A DNA stretch of 64,000 bases from a virus, in the IMG/VR virus record IMGVR_UViG_3300028920_000035, positions 32,001 to 96,000 of that record. One strand, 5' to 3'. This document shows, piece by piece, positions 1-10,249 of this stretch. The translations under genes and the position numbers were made by a program. The first letter of the stretch is position 1. Each line of letters begins with the position of its first letter. The notes under the pieces are model-generated. The model saw only the letters and a program-made list of their open reading frames with translations, was not told where the DNA came from and searched no databases.

Positions 1-1647
1 CGCAAGGCACAAGCAGAAGCGGCTTTGGAGCAGGCTGGATTGACGAAGGAGAAGCTGGATACTGCGTCGTTCGGTAGTTTGATGGAGACCCTTTCGAGCG
101 AGGAACGCAAGCAGCTGGAAGATGACGCCTCGACCCAAGAGCAGCTGGCTGCCAAGCAAAAGCAGCTTACTGAGTCGATGCTCCAAAAGCTCGAAAAGTT
201 GATGAACTTCATCATGAACCAGGTCTACGAGGTGATGCTCAGCATTTATGAGGCCGTAGCGGGGATTTGGGGGAAGAGTCAGGAGGCATCCAACAAGATC
301 GCTCGAATGCGCGCCGGTAAAGAGGTCGGCGGTGAGGTCGGGACTCTCGCAGGGGAGCAGGATTTCGCGAAGGCATTGGCGGGGTCCAAGACTAACCAAG
401 CCATGCTCCAAGCCATGCGTGATATCGACCGTGCTATCGAGCTGCGGAACAAAGACAAGCTGACCGAGAAGGAGCAAAAGGAGCTCAAGTCTTTAGAAGG
501 GGTCGAGGCCCGCAGTGGCGAGTTAATGAAGATGCGATCTGAGATGATGAAGGCTGTGGGTCCTCAGGCGGTCCTTGATGCGGCCAAGATGTCGGGTATG
601 GGGGAGAAGGGTCTTGCCCTCCTCCAGAAGAAGATGGACTTGGGGGTGAGTGCAGACGAAGCGATCAATCAGATGTACGCCGATGATGACAAGCGGCGAC
701 AGGTCAAAGAAGGGATCACGTCGAAGCTGGCGTGGACCGAAAGCACTGGCGAGTTGGTGACACAGTTCGGCAAGATTGAGAAGCTCATGTCCGAGCTGGG
801 GTACATGAAGGGAGGTCCCGCTCCGACGGCGGCCAAGGGCGAAGAGAAGGGGAAAGGGAAGGCCGATGCCCAGCAGAAGGCCAGCGCTAAGGCCGGTGGC
901 CCCTCAGCGCCTTCCATGCCCGCTGAGAAGAAGGTTGAAGCCCCTGCGACTCCCGTGGCTCCTGTGGCCCCCCAGCCACAGGAGCGTCGTCCAGGCGCGG
1001 CGGCGGGCGAAGCAGCTCTCACTGGTCGGTCCAAGGAAGTCCCTGCCACTGCTAAGGGGCAAGGCACTTTACACGAGGACATGGCGAGCTTGGAGAAGCA
1101 GCTTGGTCAGAAGGGTATCCGCTACGAGAAGGGTTTTCTCCGCAGTGATTTTGGCAAGCAGGTCGAAGACAGTGTGCTCGATGCCATGCGTGTTGCCCTG
1201 ATGGAATATGCCCTCTACAAGGACACAGCCTCTACTGACCTCGCTGGGATGCTCAAGGGTATTGACCCCAAGGCATTCAGCCGAGGGCTCATGGATGAGG
1301 TTAAGGCTAAGGGTGTTCTCCCCAAGGAGTTCGGCGGGGGAGGAGAAAAGGGCAAAAAAGGCGGGGCCCAGCAGAAGGGTGGCTACATCGTCGGTACAAA
1401 TCCTGATGGGTCGGCGCGTGTGCTCACTCCGCCCGCGGGTGAGGTCCCCATCTACGCGGCCCCTGGAGAGGCTGTGCTCAATTCGAAACAGCAGCGCGCT
1501 GTAGCCGGCGGTCAACGTGGGGGCGGGGGTGATTTACATCTGCACGTTCAGGTCAATGGGGTCGGCGGCCAAGACCTGGCAGCCTATGTCGAGAAAGCGG
1601 CTTCCAACGCTGTCTACGAGTACAAGCGCCGGGAGGGATTGACCTGA
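1..1647 (+). CDS. Tape measure protein, C-terminal part (5' truncated)
   Basis: Frame is open from base 1. Helical and rich in A/K/E/Q/M. C-terminal GGYIVG...VPIYAAPGEAVLN motif and final V-x-V-N strand are typical of tape-measure C-termini. Lies directly upstream of the baseplate genes. Confidence 0.75.
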   Translation, partial: RKAQAEAALEQAGLTKEKLDTASFGSLMETLSSEERKQLEDDASTQEQLAAKQKQLTESMLQKLEKLMNFIMNQVYEVMLSIYEAVAGIWGKSQEASNKIARMRAGKEVGGEVGTLAGEQDFAKALAGSKTNQAMLQAMRDIDRAIELRNKDKLTEKEQKELKSLEGVEARSGELMKMRSEMMKAVGPQAVLDAAKMSGMGEKGLALLQKKMDLGVSADEAINQMYADDDKRRQVKEGITSKLAWTESTGELVTQFGKIEKLMSELGYMKGGPAPTAAKGEEKGKGKADAQQKASAKAGGPSAPSMPAEKKVEAPATPVAPVAPQPQERRPGAAAGEAALTGRSKEVPATAKGQGTLHEDMASLEKQLGQKGIRYEKGFLRSDFGKQVEDSVLDAMRVALMEYALYKDTASTDLAGMLKGIDPKAFSRGLMDEVKAKGVLPKEFGGGGEKGKKGGAQQKGGYIVGTNPDGSARVLTPPAGEVPIYAAPGEAVLNSKQQRAVAGGQRGGGGDLHLHVQVNGVGGQDLAAYVEKAASNAVYEYKRREGLT

Positions 1648-1650
1648 TAG

Positions 1651-2532
1651 ATGCCCTACATCAAGTCACCCAATCCGGACTTTCAACGGAACGACGACAA
1701 CGACCCGCGGTACGCCCACCCCGCGGAGAGTCGTTCGACGCGCCCCATTCCTATGGCGTTCCAGATCACGAGCCCCGTCAATAGACGCAAGGTGCTCTTG
1801 CCCCACTCGCTCGTGCTGCATGTCAATCCGATGAGTCTAAATGAGACCCACACCCAGAAGATTGAACGGTTCCAGACCCGCGGGGGCTGGGTTGAGCAGC
1901 ACTGGGGTCACGACCTGACCGAAGTCAGCGCCGACGCCACGACAGGCGCTTTCATGAACGTCTACACGGGGACCGCCAGCGTGATGCGGCAACGCACCAT
2001 TGCGTGGGACCGGTTTCGCGACTTGCTCGACCTCTACCACAACAATGGTAGCCTCCGAGACCCGTTCGGTAACATCGTGCTGCAAGGCTACGTCCAGCTC
2101 ATGTTTGATCGAGGTACCCACCTGGGCTCGTTCCGGTCGTTTGAGGTCACGGAGACCGCCGACTCCCCTTTCGCATTCCAGCTTTCGTGGAGTTTCAAGA
2201 TCGAGCGCACCTTGCTCAAGGCCGTCCCCTCTATACGAGGCATTGCCGGGGACAACCCCTTCAGCCGTGTCCGACGGCCCAACCCCACCACGGTTGAAGC
2301 TCGGATCAGCGAAGAGCAGAAGCTTCTGGAGCAGTCTAAGAGTCCGTCCCTCATTACGCCTGAGGAAGCCCAAGCTCGTCTTGAACAACTGGAGGAGCAG
2401 AACGCTATTCTGGAGGATTCCGCTCGGCGACAGAATGAGCAACGAATCGCTGAAGAGAATGCTCAGCGTCGTTCCGACGCCGCGGAGTATGGGGTCGATG
2501 TCAACAAACTCTTCCCCTCAGGAGGTAGCTGA
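1651..2532 (+). CDS. Tail tube initiator / distal-tail-like baseplate protein
   Basis: Follows the tape measure. LVLHVNP..L..T.T.KI...QTRGGWVEQHWG and G.F.SF...E.A.SPF.F...F motifs resemble tube-fold initiator proteins. Confidence 0.6.
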   Translation: MPYIKSPNPDFQRNDDNDPRYAHPAESRSTRPIPMAFQITSPVNRRKVLLPHSLVLHVNPMSLNETHTQKIERFQTRGGWVEQHWGHDLTEVSADATTGAFMNVYTGTASVMRQRTIAWDRFRDLLDLYHNNGSLRDPFGNIVLQGYVQLMFDRGTHLGSFRSFEVTETADSPFAFQLSWSFKIERTLLKAVPSIRGIAGDNPFSRVRRPNPTTVEARISEEQKLLEQSKSPSLITPEEAQARLEQLEEQNAILEDSARRQNEQRIAEENAQRRSDAAEYGVDVNKLFPSGGS

Positions 2533-4538
2533 TGGCCCGACGACTGCTCCGAGACATCGAGGCAAACGCCCAGCACCTGACCAGCGGTGACATCGCTCAG
2601 CTGTTGACCTTCTACTCGGACCTGACCCTTGAAACGGACAGCCTCGGAGGTCAATACATCCCGCTCACGGCGGCCAAGACCTACACCCCCAAGCTGTTCG
2701 CGGTTGGTATCATCCCACCTCAGGTGGCCGTCACTGGACGTGCCCTGGACCGCTCGGCAAGTGTCGCTTCTCAGGGTGACCCTCTACCCGTGCTCCCCAA
2801 CTCGTCGGGCGGGCCCACCCTCAACATCGACGGTTCCATTGCGGACGCCACGGTTGATGGGGGTACGACGACTGGGACCCAGGAGTTCGACCCTACCAAG
2901 AATCGCATCAACACCAAAGCCTGGCAGTCGCACCCCGATTCGTTCTGGATCGATTTCGTCAGCATGGCCGAGCGCCAGGGGACAGACCCCATGGAACTGG
3001 CAGCCGTTCTCTGGAATGAGTCCAACTTCGATCCCGGCGCCTACAACGCCTCAGGGCGCGCGAAGGGACTCATCCAGCTTGTCCCGGTATCAGCCTTCTC
3101 CAAGCGGGTGGGGATGGACCGTGAAACCTGGGAGGGGTACCAGGACCTTTCAGCTGAGGACCAGCTCGTCTACGTCGAGAGGTATCTCAACGGGCAGATC
3201 AGAGGCAAGGACCGTGGGCAGATCTACCGGGTTATTTTCGGGGGCTTCAACAACCCCGACGGCTCACTGTATGCCAGCGCCGAGTACCAGAAGCAGTTCA
3301 GTGTCGAGTTTCCACGGGCTGAGTACCAAGCGACGGCCTACAAGATCAACGCTCCCTTGGACAAAGACAAGGACGGGACCATCACGGTCGCGGACCTTCG
3401 TGCCAAGGTAGAAAACCTTCCACCCTTTGGTGTCCGCGCGAAGATTGAACAGGCTGAGAACTCGGGTATTCGGTCCGGTCGCCGAACGGGCACTGAGGGT
3501 GACGCCGCGACGGAAGACACAAGCGTTTGGGCTACCGATGGGTCAGCCCTCAACGATGACCTGCGCCGACAGTTCGATGCCATCGCGGGGACGGGCTACA
3601 ACGCCACCGAGTTTGGGCAGAAGCTCCAGCTCGCTCAGAGGAAGCAGATCGAGGGCCTACAAGCCCAGATCGAAAAGATGAAGAAGCTACCTCCGTTGAA
3701 GATGCTGGTGAATCCCAACAGCTTTGCGGTGGCACACACGAAGGTCGTGGCCGACGCCAACTGGTCCCGCACCGGCCCCATCGTCGAGCACTGGGGTGAG
3801 GAGCAGGATGCCATCAGTGCGTCGGGGCAGCTCGCTGGCTTCTACGCGGTCGATGGTGTCAGCGGCAACGGGGGTCCAGGGCTCACCCGTATGGCTCGTC
3901 AGTTCAGTCAATCGTATCAGAACTTCATGGCGCTCTACCTCCTGTACCGGAGCAACGCTGGTGTCTACATGGAGGACCAGACGGGCGTCACGCCTTCCGA
4001 GAAGCGTGTCAACCTGGCCCTCCTGGGCAGCGTCTACATCTTCTACGACAACATCTTGTACATTGGGTCATTCGAGAACTTCAACATCACGGAAACTGAC
4101 GAGAAGCCTTTCACCTTGGAGTACAACTTCAGCTTCAGGGTTCGCGCATCGTTCCTGCTCGACGAGCCCACCGACCAGCGCTTCACCTATGGCGCTCCAG
4201 GACTCTTCGTCAACGAAGCGACACCAACGCTCCCGTCTCAACAACGGGTAGATGCCTTGGAGGGAGACCTCGAAGAGCTACAACGCCTACGCGAGGAGCA
4301 AATCGTCGCCAACAACGTTGAGCTGTTTGGGAGCGAAGAAGCCACCACTCGATACCTCGAATTGGAAATGAAGGATGCCATCACCAGCTCGCCCAAGACT
4401 CCTGGGAACGAGGCAGGTGCCGAGGCAGAACGCAAGGCTCGTGAGCAACGTCGTGCTCGCGCTCAGCAGAAGTTCATCAACGGGGAGTACTCGCTTGGAC
4501 AGCGAGACAGCATCTATGCCGCTAACCCACTGGATTGA
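2532..4538 (+). CDS. Virion lytic transglycosylase (SLT-like) fused to a second tube-initiator-like domain
   Basis: LAAVLWNESNFDPGA...AKGLIQL gives the catalytic E-S and GLxQ motifs. An EF-hand-like DKDKDGTITVAD follows. The C-half LKMLVNPNSF...VEHWGEE...GSFENFNITETDEKPF is paralogous to 1651..2532. TGATG coupling to the upstream gene. Confidence 0.75.
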   Translation: MARRLLRDIEANAQHLTSGDIAQLLTFYSDLTLETDSLGGQYIPLTAAKTYTPKLFAVGIIPPQVAVTGRALDRSASVASQGDPLPVLPNSSGGPTLNIDGSIADATVDGGTTTGTQEFDPTKNRINTKAWQSHPDSFWIDFVSMAERQGTDPMELAAVLWNESNFDPGAYNASGRAKGLIQLVPVSAFSKRVGMDRETWEGYQDLSAEDQLVYVERYLNGQIRGKDRGQIYRVIFGGFNNPDGSLYASAEYQKQFSVEFPRAEYQATAYKINAPLDKDKDGTITVADLRAKVENLPPFGVRAKIEQAENSGIRSGRRTGTEGDAATEDTSVWATDGSALNDDLRRQFDAIAGTGYNATEFGQKLQLAQRKQIEGLQAQIEKMKKLPPLKMLVNPNSFAVAHTKVVADANWSRTGPIVEHWGEEQDAISASGQLAGFYAVDGVSGNGGPGLTRMARQFSQSYQNFMALYLLYRSNAGVYMEDQTGVTPSEKRVNLALLGSVYIFYDNILYIGSFENFNITETDEKPFTLEYNFSFRVRASFLLDEPTDQRFTYGAPGLFVNEATPTLPSQQRVDALEGDLEELQRLREEQIVANNVELFGSEEATTRYLELEMKDAITSSPKTPGNEAGAEAERKAREQRRARAQQKFINGEYSLGQRDSIYAANPLD

Positions 4539-4541
4539 CCC

Positions 4542-7500
4542 ATGCCCAGAGGACCCTTTCAAGGCACATGGCGGCAAGGTATCCGCCCTACCGTCGCCCA
4601 CGCACCCGATGCTCTGGTCTACATCAACGGTGAGATGGACATCTTGGGATGCCCTCGGTGCCGACGGAGGTTCGACCTGAACAAGTACGTCACGAGCGTC
4701 CAGGTTGACTTGAACATCGACTCCCCCCCTGGAAGCGCATCCATTAATCTGAGCCTTCCGCGGCACACCATCGACGACTTCTATTTTGAGGGTACGCCCC
4801 TGATCACGCCTATGATGGAGGTCGAGATCTACATGAAGGGGTTTTTCCTGCTCGAAGGGGTTCCTCAGTACTATCCGACTTTCTGGGGGTTGGTGACCGA
4901 GGTCGAGGACTCCTACTCGGCGGGTGAACACACAGTCTCGATCAACTGCGCGGACATTTTGAAGTGGTGGGAGCTGTGCCGCATGAACATCAACCCGGCT
5001 TGGACGTCGGCGGTGCCCAACATCGGAGGTCGCAACCTGTTTGGGAATGTGTTTTATGGTATGAACCCCTACGACGTCATTTGGTCCTTGGCCCAGCAAA
5101 GTTTTGGGGATGTCGTCGTGGGCTCGGGCTCTCTCGTCTCGGTCTACAAGGAGAAGGCTCAGAAGCAGACCTTCAACACGGCGCTCGCAGACATCATGCT
5201 CTACTGGACCGAGCGCTTCAGTCGCATTCGCAACCGACTTCTGCTCTACGGCACCCAAGGGGTGGCCGTACGTGGCGACACCCTTTTTATGCGCTACCAG
5301 AAGCGGGGGGCCCAATCGGGCAAGCCTTTCGCATCGGCGGTCGTGCGAACCGCCAACGGCGGCAATAAGGGCAGCCAGATGGTGTTCGATCCGACCGACG
5401 AGAACGTGGTCGCGTTCCGCACCCAGTTCATGAACGCAGGTCAGGTGAATTTCTGGCAGAGCGAGTACCAGACGAAGCTGGAAATCGCGATGGCCGCCAA
5501 AGAAGCTATTGGCTTCGAGTTCTACATGGATGTGGACGGCAGCATCGTCTTCAAGCCACCGTTCTACAACCTCGACGTCCTCGGCAACAAGCCGGTGTCC
5601 TGGATCCAGGACATCGATATCATCGACTGGAGCCTGTCTGACAGCGACTCCGAGGTCGTGACCCAGGTCCAAATTCAAGGGTCGTTCGGTGGCAACATCG
5701 ATTACGGTATGAGCGAGGAAACCACCCCGTTTACCAGCGTCACAGACTACCACCTGCTCCGGAAGTATGGGTGGCGCCCCCAGACCTTCAACTCCGAGTT
5801 CATGGGCAGCCCGCAGCTCATGTTCTACGCGGGCCTTGACCTGATGGACCGCTACAATGCGCGCCGGTTTGGCGGGACCATCAACATTCCGTGCCGCCCC
5901 GAGTTGCGGTTGGGCTTCCCCGTCTATGTCGCCCCCAAGGACCAGATTTGGTACATCCAGGGGCTTAGCCACAACGTGCAGATGGGTGGGCGAGCCCAGA
6001 CGACCCTGACGCTCACGGCCAAACGAGAGAAATTCATCGCGCCTCGGGGGATCGGTTCGGTGCGGCTCACTGGGTATTCGACTGGCAAGGGTAAGGTTAC
6101 CGAGATCCCACAGAACCCGGCGGACGACATCGATCGGAAAGTCAAGAGCCTGACCACCCAGCAACTGGCTAAGGGTGGTCAGTTCGAGCTGAAGGTGGGG
6201 GAGGCTGCTGAGCTGCCTCCCATCAATCGGGACAACCCCAACTCCGATGCCTATGCACCCCTGATCTTGCGTCATCCCAAAACTGGACGCATCATGGGGT
6301 ATCCCAACGTCGTGATGGCCTACACCCGGCCATTCTCGAACGTCACCGACAACCAGTTCCTTCGAGCTGCGGGGCAGAAGCAGCTGGGAACGACCAACAA
6401 CGCAACGGGGAAGAAGCTCGACCGCCAGTTGAATGCTGCCTTGGCCGACACTGTGGATACCTTCAAGGGGATTGTCGAGGTCAACGACCGAGACCGCCTG
6501 TTGGAGATCCACTCGACCAACCGGTACGCGTACGGTCTCAATTCCGCAGGTGTGTACACCTATGCTCACGATGTGAGCGAGGTCATCAAGGAGATTCTGA
6601 TGATCGCTCGCAGCAAGATCACTTCGACCGATGTTGCGGGCAACGAGGGGAACTTCCTGACGAGCGACAAGGGCACTGCCATGATCCGTCCCGTTAGCGA
6701 TGAGCGAGGGTTCGAGATCGTCGGGCACTACAAATACGGGCGGGGCATCGCCTTGCGGGATGGGTCCCTTGTTCTGGCAGACGACCCCGGCCGCCCCAAC
6801 ATGAAGGCCAACGTGGACTTCCAGGCGGCTATCGGTGGCGACCTCCAGGAGATTCTGGAAGCACAGTCACAGGGACTCACGACGCTTTCGACGACTTATC
6901 CCAACCCTGCCGATGCCATCGCACGCATGGCACCTGAGGAGCTTCAGACGGCGGCGACCATCGAGCCTGACACGGGCAAGCCGGTCTTCACCGAGGTTCA
7001 GAAGAACTTCGTCGATGCCGCACCTTTGGGATCTCTTGCCAATGATGGGGTGCCCGTCAGCGTTGAGGCTGGTCAGCTCAGCAAGGCTCTGACCTTGGCC
7101 GAAATGAAGGCCCGAGAGGATGAGGCCCTACCAAACGAGGACTGTGAATGCCTGACGGGACGTGCCGACCTCGCTTTCATCAACGTGGGCTACCAGTTGG
7201 CTAGCCCCGTGGGGACGAGCGCCCCAGATACCGGCCAAATCCCAGGAGACGGACGGTCCGAATTTGGGACCCCTGATCTGCTTGTCGACGGGGGCGGCAA
7301 CCAGGTAGACATCCTGGGCGATTTCACGGCTCAGAGCGAGGCTATTCGAGCAGAAGAGCGGGAAGCCATCCTCAACGACCCTCGTGTCACTCTGGGCGAG
7401 ATCACGGAGAATGATGCCCAACGCATCGCTGATTCCAGGGCCAGCGAGCGCATCGCCGTGTTGGCAGGTGAGCAAGGAGTCAGCATCGCTAACCAACAGG

Positions 7501-8081
7501 TAGCAATGGCTGCCAGTGAGGGGCGGCCCATTCAGAGCATCGGGGCTCTTGGGCAGCAGCAGCTCTCCCGGGTGGACGATTTTCTGCTCGACCTCTACCG
7601 CACCCTCGACGATGCTCATCGGCAGTATGAGTCGGCTATCCGAGGCGAGACTCTTGACGTGCCCGGGCGTGACCCTCGAATCGTTCGCTTTGGGGATCCC
7701 ACGGACGTTCCGGGGGACCTTAGCCCCCCCTTCAACAAGGCGAGACGTTTGGGGGGTGACCTAGACGAGATCGTGTCTCAGGCGACGACGGCCCAGGACA
7801 ACCTCCGAAGCAACTGGGAGAACTTCGGTGAGACGCTCAAGGAAGAGACCAATACATCTCTCTACTCCGCCCGAATCGAGTCTAACCAACGCAAGCTTCA
7901 GCAGTTGCAAGAGGAGCGTGACCGCTTGAAAACGGCCAAGGCAACAGGCAGCACAATCATCACGGCCAAATCCGACCGGGGGCCTTCTTCTCAGTTGGAG
8001 CGGGTGGAAGCTCAGATCTCCAGGGTGGAGCAGGACATCGCACGGAATCAGCAGAAGCTGAACCAGGCTAGGAGTAGGTGA
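4542..8081 (+). CDS. Baseplate hub protein (gp27/gpD/VgrG-N-like) with long C-terminal extension
   Basis: Hub-like motifs: PMMEVEIYMKG, FWGLVTEVEDSYS, GFEFYMDVDGSIVFKPPFY, and GTINIPCRPELRLGFPV...WYIQGLSHNVQMGG..TTLTL. Lies just before the spike and ends in a coiled coil. Confidence 0.75.
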   Translation: MPRGPFQGTWRQGIRPTVAHAPDALVYINGEMDILGCPRCRRRFDLNKYVTSVQVDLNIDSPPGSASINLSLPRHTIDDFYFEGTPLITPMMEVEIYMKGFFLLEGVPQYYPTFWGLVTEVEDSYSAGEHTVSINCADILKWWELCRMNINPAWTSAVPNIGGRNLFGNVFYGMNPYDVIWSLAQQSFGDVVVGSGSLVSVYKEKAQKQTFNTALADIMLYWTERFSRIRNRLLLYGTQGVAVRGDTLFMRYQKRGAQSGKPFASAVVRTANGGNKGSQMVFDPTDENVVAFRTQFMNAGQVNFWQSEYQTKLEIAMAAKEAIGFEFYMDVDGSIVFKPPFYNLDVLGNKPVSWIQDIDIIDWSLSDSDSEVVTQVQIQGSFGGNIDYGMSEETTPFTSVTDYHLLRKYGWRPQTFNSEFMGSPQLMFYAGLDLMDRYNARRFGGTINIPCRPELRLGFPVYVAPKDQIWYIQGLSHNVQMGGRAQTTLTLTAKREKFIAPRGIGSVRLTGYSTGKGKVTEIPQNPADDIDRKVKSLTTQQLAKGGQFELKVGEAAELPPINRDNPNSDAYAPLILRHPKTGRIMGYPNVVMAYTRPFSNVTDNQFLRAAGQKQLGTTNNATGKKLDRQLNAALADTVDTFKGIVEVNDRDRLLEIHSTNRYAYGLNSAGVYTYAHDVSEVIKEILMIARSKITSTDVAGNEGNFLTSDKGTAMIRPVSDERGFEIVGHYKYGRGIALRDGSLVLADDPGRPNMKANVDFQAAIGGDLQEILEAQSQGLTTLSTTYPNPADAIARMAPEELQTAATIEPDTGKPVFTEVQKNFVDAAPLGSLANDGVPVSVEAGQLSKALTLAEMKAREDEALPNEDCECLTGRADLAFINVGYQLASPVGTSAPDTGQIPGDGRSEFGTPDLLVDGGGNQVDILGDFTAQSEAIRAEEREAILNDPRVTLGEITENDAQRIADSRASERIAVLAGEQGVSIANQQVAMAASEGRPIQSIGALGQQQLSRVDDFLLDLYRTLDDAHRQYESAIRGETLDVPGRDPRIVRFGDPTDVPGDLSPPFNKARRLGGDLDEIVSQATTAQDNLRSNWENFGETLKEETNTSLYSARIESNQRKLQQLQEERDRLKTAKATGSTIITAKSDRGPSSQLERVEAQISRVEQDIARNQQKLNQARSR

Positions 8082-10249
8082 TGGCAGGACCTCGACGTAA
8101 GCACCCAGTTGGGCACGTGCCTTTCGACCGCTTCACTACAGGCGGTGATAACCTCTATTGGGGCACCAAGGTCGGCATCATCACCTACGTTGATGAGGTG
8201 AACATGAAGGCGAACGTGCGGGTGATCACGGGCGCCTCCGACCGTTTCGAGCTGGACTTGACTCAGGGCATGGCGGGCGCGCGGTCGTTCTGGGGTGGGG
8301 TTCCCGAAGAGGGCAGCGTCTGCATCATCGGGTATCGTCGGGTCAGCAAGCAGATCAAGGAAGCCGTCATCCTCGGATACATCCCTGTTGGGACCAAGAG
8401 CGGTGCCCGCTTCGATCCCTTCTCCCCTGTGGACCCTGACGATATCGACGAGGGTTCGAGCGAGGCCGTTGAGGACCTGTTCGGGAAGACCCGTCGCTAC
8501 AAGCGCCTCATGCTCAAGCCTGGTGATGTTGGCGGCATGAGTTCCAAAGGGTCAGAGCTGATCCTGAACGAAAACGTCACCCTGACCAACCGGGCTGGCG
8601 ACTTCATGGAGTTCCGGGACGCTGAGCGGGCCATCATCACCTCGACGGTTCACCGAATTGATTCGGTCAGTGGCGTGCGGATCTACTCAGGCCCGGTTCG
8701 ACGCAGTGCCTTCTACCTTCCCGATGACATCTTGCGTGAAGGGTCTCGGGTCCTCAAGGACGAGGGGGAGGGGTACTACGGACGGGATGAGTTGCAGACG
8801 GCGGGGTCGTCCATCGAACCGGGAGAGGCTCCCAACTATGCTCTTTCCGACGGCACCCTTCTGGAGACCTTCAACAACTACACCACGTTCCCACCTACGG
8901 TTTTGGGGAATGGGCGGTATGTTTACTACCCCCCCACGGTGGTGGGGGAGGACATCGAGGTCGATGACGCGATTGCTGATACCTACGTCGAACATCGGTT
9001 GGAGTTAAGCCAGACCAGCAACGCCAACCAAGAAGTGTTGGAGGAGATCGACGGGTTCCGTATGGACCGGCGGCGGGCCTATATCGAGCACGTCCTGGGG
9101 ACCGTAGTTGGCTACGACTACGATTCGTTGCGGGGGCAACGGCAGTACGCCCAGGTGCTCAAGCCGCGCATCTTCACAGATTTCAATTCGCGACAACGGG
9201 GCCGGTTCTCGATGGAACTGTGCAAGCGCCAGGCGACCGAGGACTACGAGCAAGAGACGGCGGCTGGGGCATTCCTCTTTCGAATCCGGCCCCCTCGCAA
9301 CAGCGGAGAGGATGCCTTCGTCACAGCGGTTTCCAAGCAAGGTAAGCTTTTTGTCAATGTCCCGAGCCCGAGCGTTGAGGACTACCCCAGCGGGGCCAAG
9401 AACGTCAGCGCTGAGGTCAACATGGCAGGCGCGCTCAAGGCGTTTTTGGGAGCATCTTTCCCCAACAACATCAGTCTCGACCTGACGTGCTTGGGCGGCA
9501 TTCGTGCAGATCTGGGGCACACTTCGACCGGTAACGCGGTCGAAGTGACCTATCGGTCTGGCGTCAAGACGACCGTGGCGACCACGACGCCTAACGATTC
9601 GGGGGTGGCTTCTGAAGAGAACGTCCAGGGGACCAAGCGGGTCAACATTACGGGGCTGCACCAGGAGCAAGCGGGTCGCAAGCATACCATCGTCGATGGG
9701 GCGGCTCGGGTAGATGCTGATCGGGTAGAGACCAACGCTCACTCGGGACTCACCCAGAACTGTGGTGAGCTGTCCTGTATGGTGAGCGGCAAGAGCCAGT
9801 ACAACTATGCCCTCCAGGTCCTGGAAAACATTGTTTTGGGGGGTAAGGTCACGACGGTGCTTGCAGGTGGGCTTGTGACCACCGTGGCGGCTGGTGCCAT
9901 CACCACGACCGCGGCGGCGGGAGCCATCGCGATGAGTGCGGCGGCGGGCGCGGTCAGCGTGGCAGCTGGTGCTGCTGTTAGCATCACGGCCGGCGCGGGG
10001 GCCACCATGACAGCGACGGGCGCTTTGGGGATGACCGCGGGGGGCGTTCTTTCAATGACGGCGTCGGGCGCTATTTCGGCCACGGCTGTATCTTTGACCG
10101 TTAATGCCGCCCAGGTGATGATTGGCTCCCCTGCGGCGGCGTTTGGGGTCGCACGGGGCACACCCATGATGCCCCCAGGCTCGCCCTCGCTCGATTGGAT
10201 CACTGGTTTGCCGTTGCAAGGGAGCGCCTCATTCCGGTCACTGCTGTAA
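8078..10249 (+). CDS. Central baseplate spike (gpV/gp5-like OB fold plus beta-helix)
   Basis: N-terminal VGIITYVDEVNMKANVRV...VPEEGSVCIIGY fits an OB fold. C-terminal 8-9 residue A/G/T repeats fit a triple beta-helix. Start is GTG 8078 or ATG 8081. Confidence 0.75.
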   Translation: MMAGPRRKHPVGHVPFDRFTTGGDNLYWGTKVGIITYVDEVNMKANVRVITGASDRFELDLTQGMAGARSFWGGVPEEGSVCIIGYRRVSKQIKEAVILGYIPVGTKSGARFDPFSPVDPDDIDEGSSEAVEDLFGKTRRYKRLMLKPGDVGGMSSKGSELILNENVTLTNRAGDFMEFRDAERAIITSTVHRIDSVSGVRIYSGPVRRSAFYLPDDILREGSRVLKDEGEGYYGRDELQTAGSSIEPGEAPNYALSDGTLLETFNNYTTFPPTVLGNGRYVYYPPTVVGEDIEVDDAIADTYVEHRLELSQTSNANQEVLEEIDGFRMDRRRAYIEHVLGTVVGYDYDSLRGQRQYAQVLKPRIFTDFNSRQRGRFSMELCKRQATEDYEQETAAGAFLFRIRPPRNSGEDAFVTAVSKQGKLFVNVPSPSVEDYPSGAKNVSAEVNMAGALKAFLGASFPNNISLDLTCLGGIRADLGHTSTGNAVEVTYRSGVKTTVATTTPNDSGVASEENVQGTKRVNITGLHQEQAGRKHTIVDGAARVDADRVETNAHSGLTQNCGELSCMVSGKSQYNYALQVLENIVLGGKVTTVLAGGLVTTVAAGAITTTAAAGAIAMSAAAGAVSVAAGAAVSITAGAGATMTATGALGMTAGGVLSMTASGAISATAVSLTVNAAQVMIGSPAAAFGVARGTPMMPPGSPSLDWITGLPLQGSASFRSLL

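Noticed and set aside
4287-6728. 813-aa minus-strand ORF
   Set aside because: Lies antisense to the hub gene and has no motifs. Its V/D/H/L-rich composition is what a GC-rich shadow frame produces.
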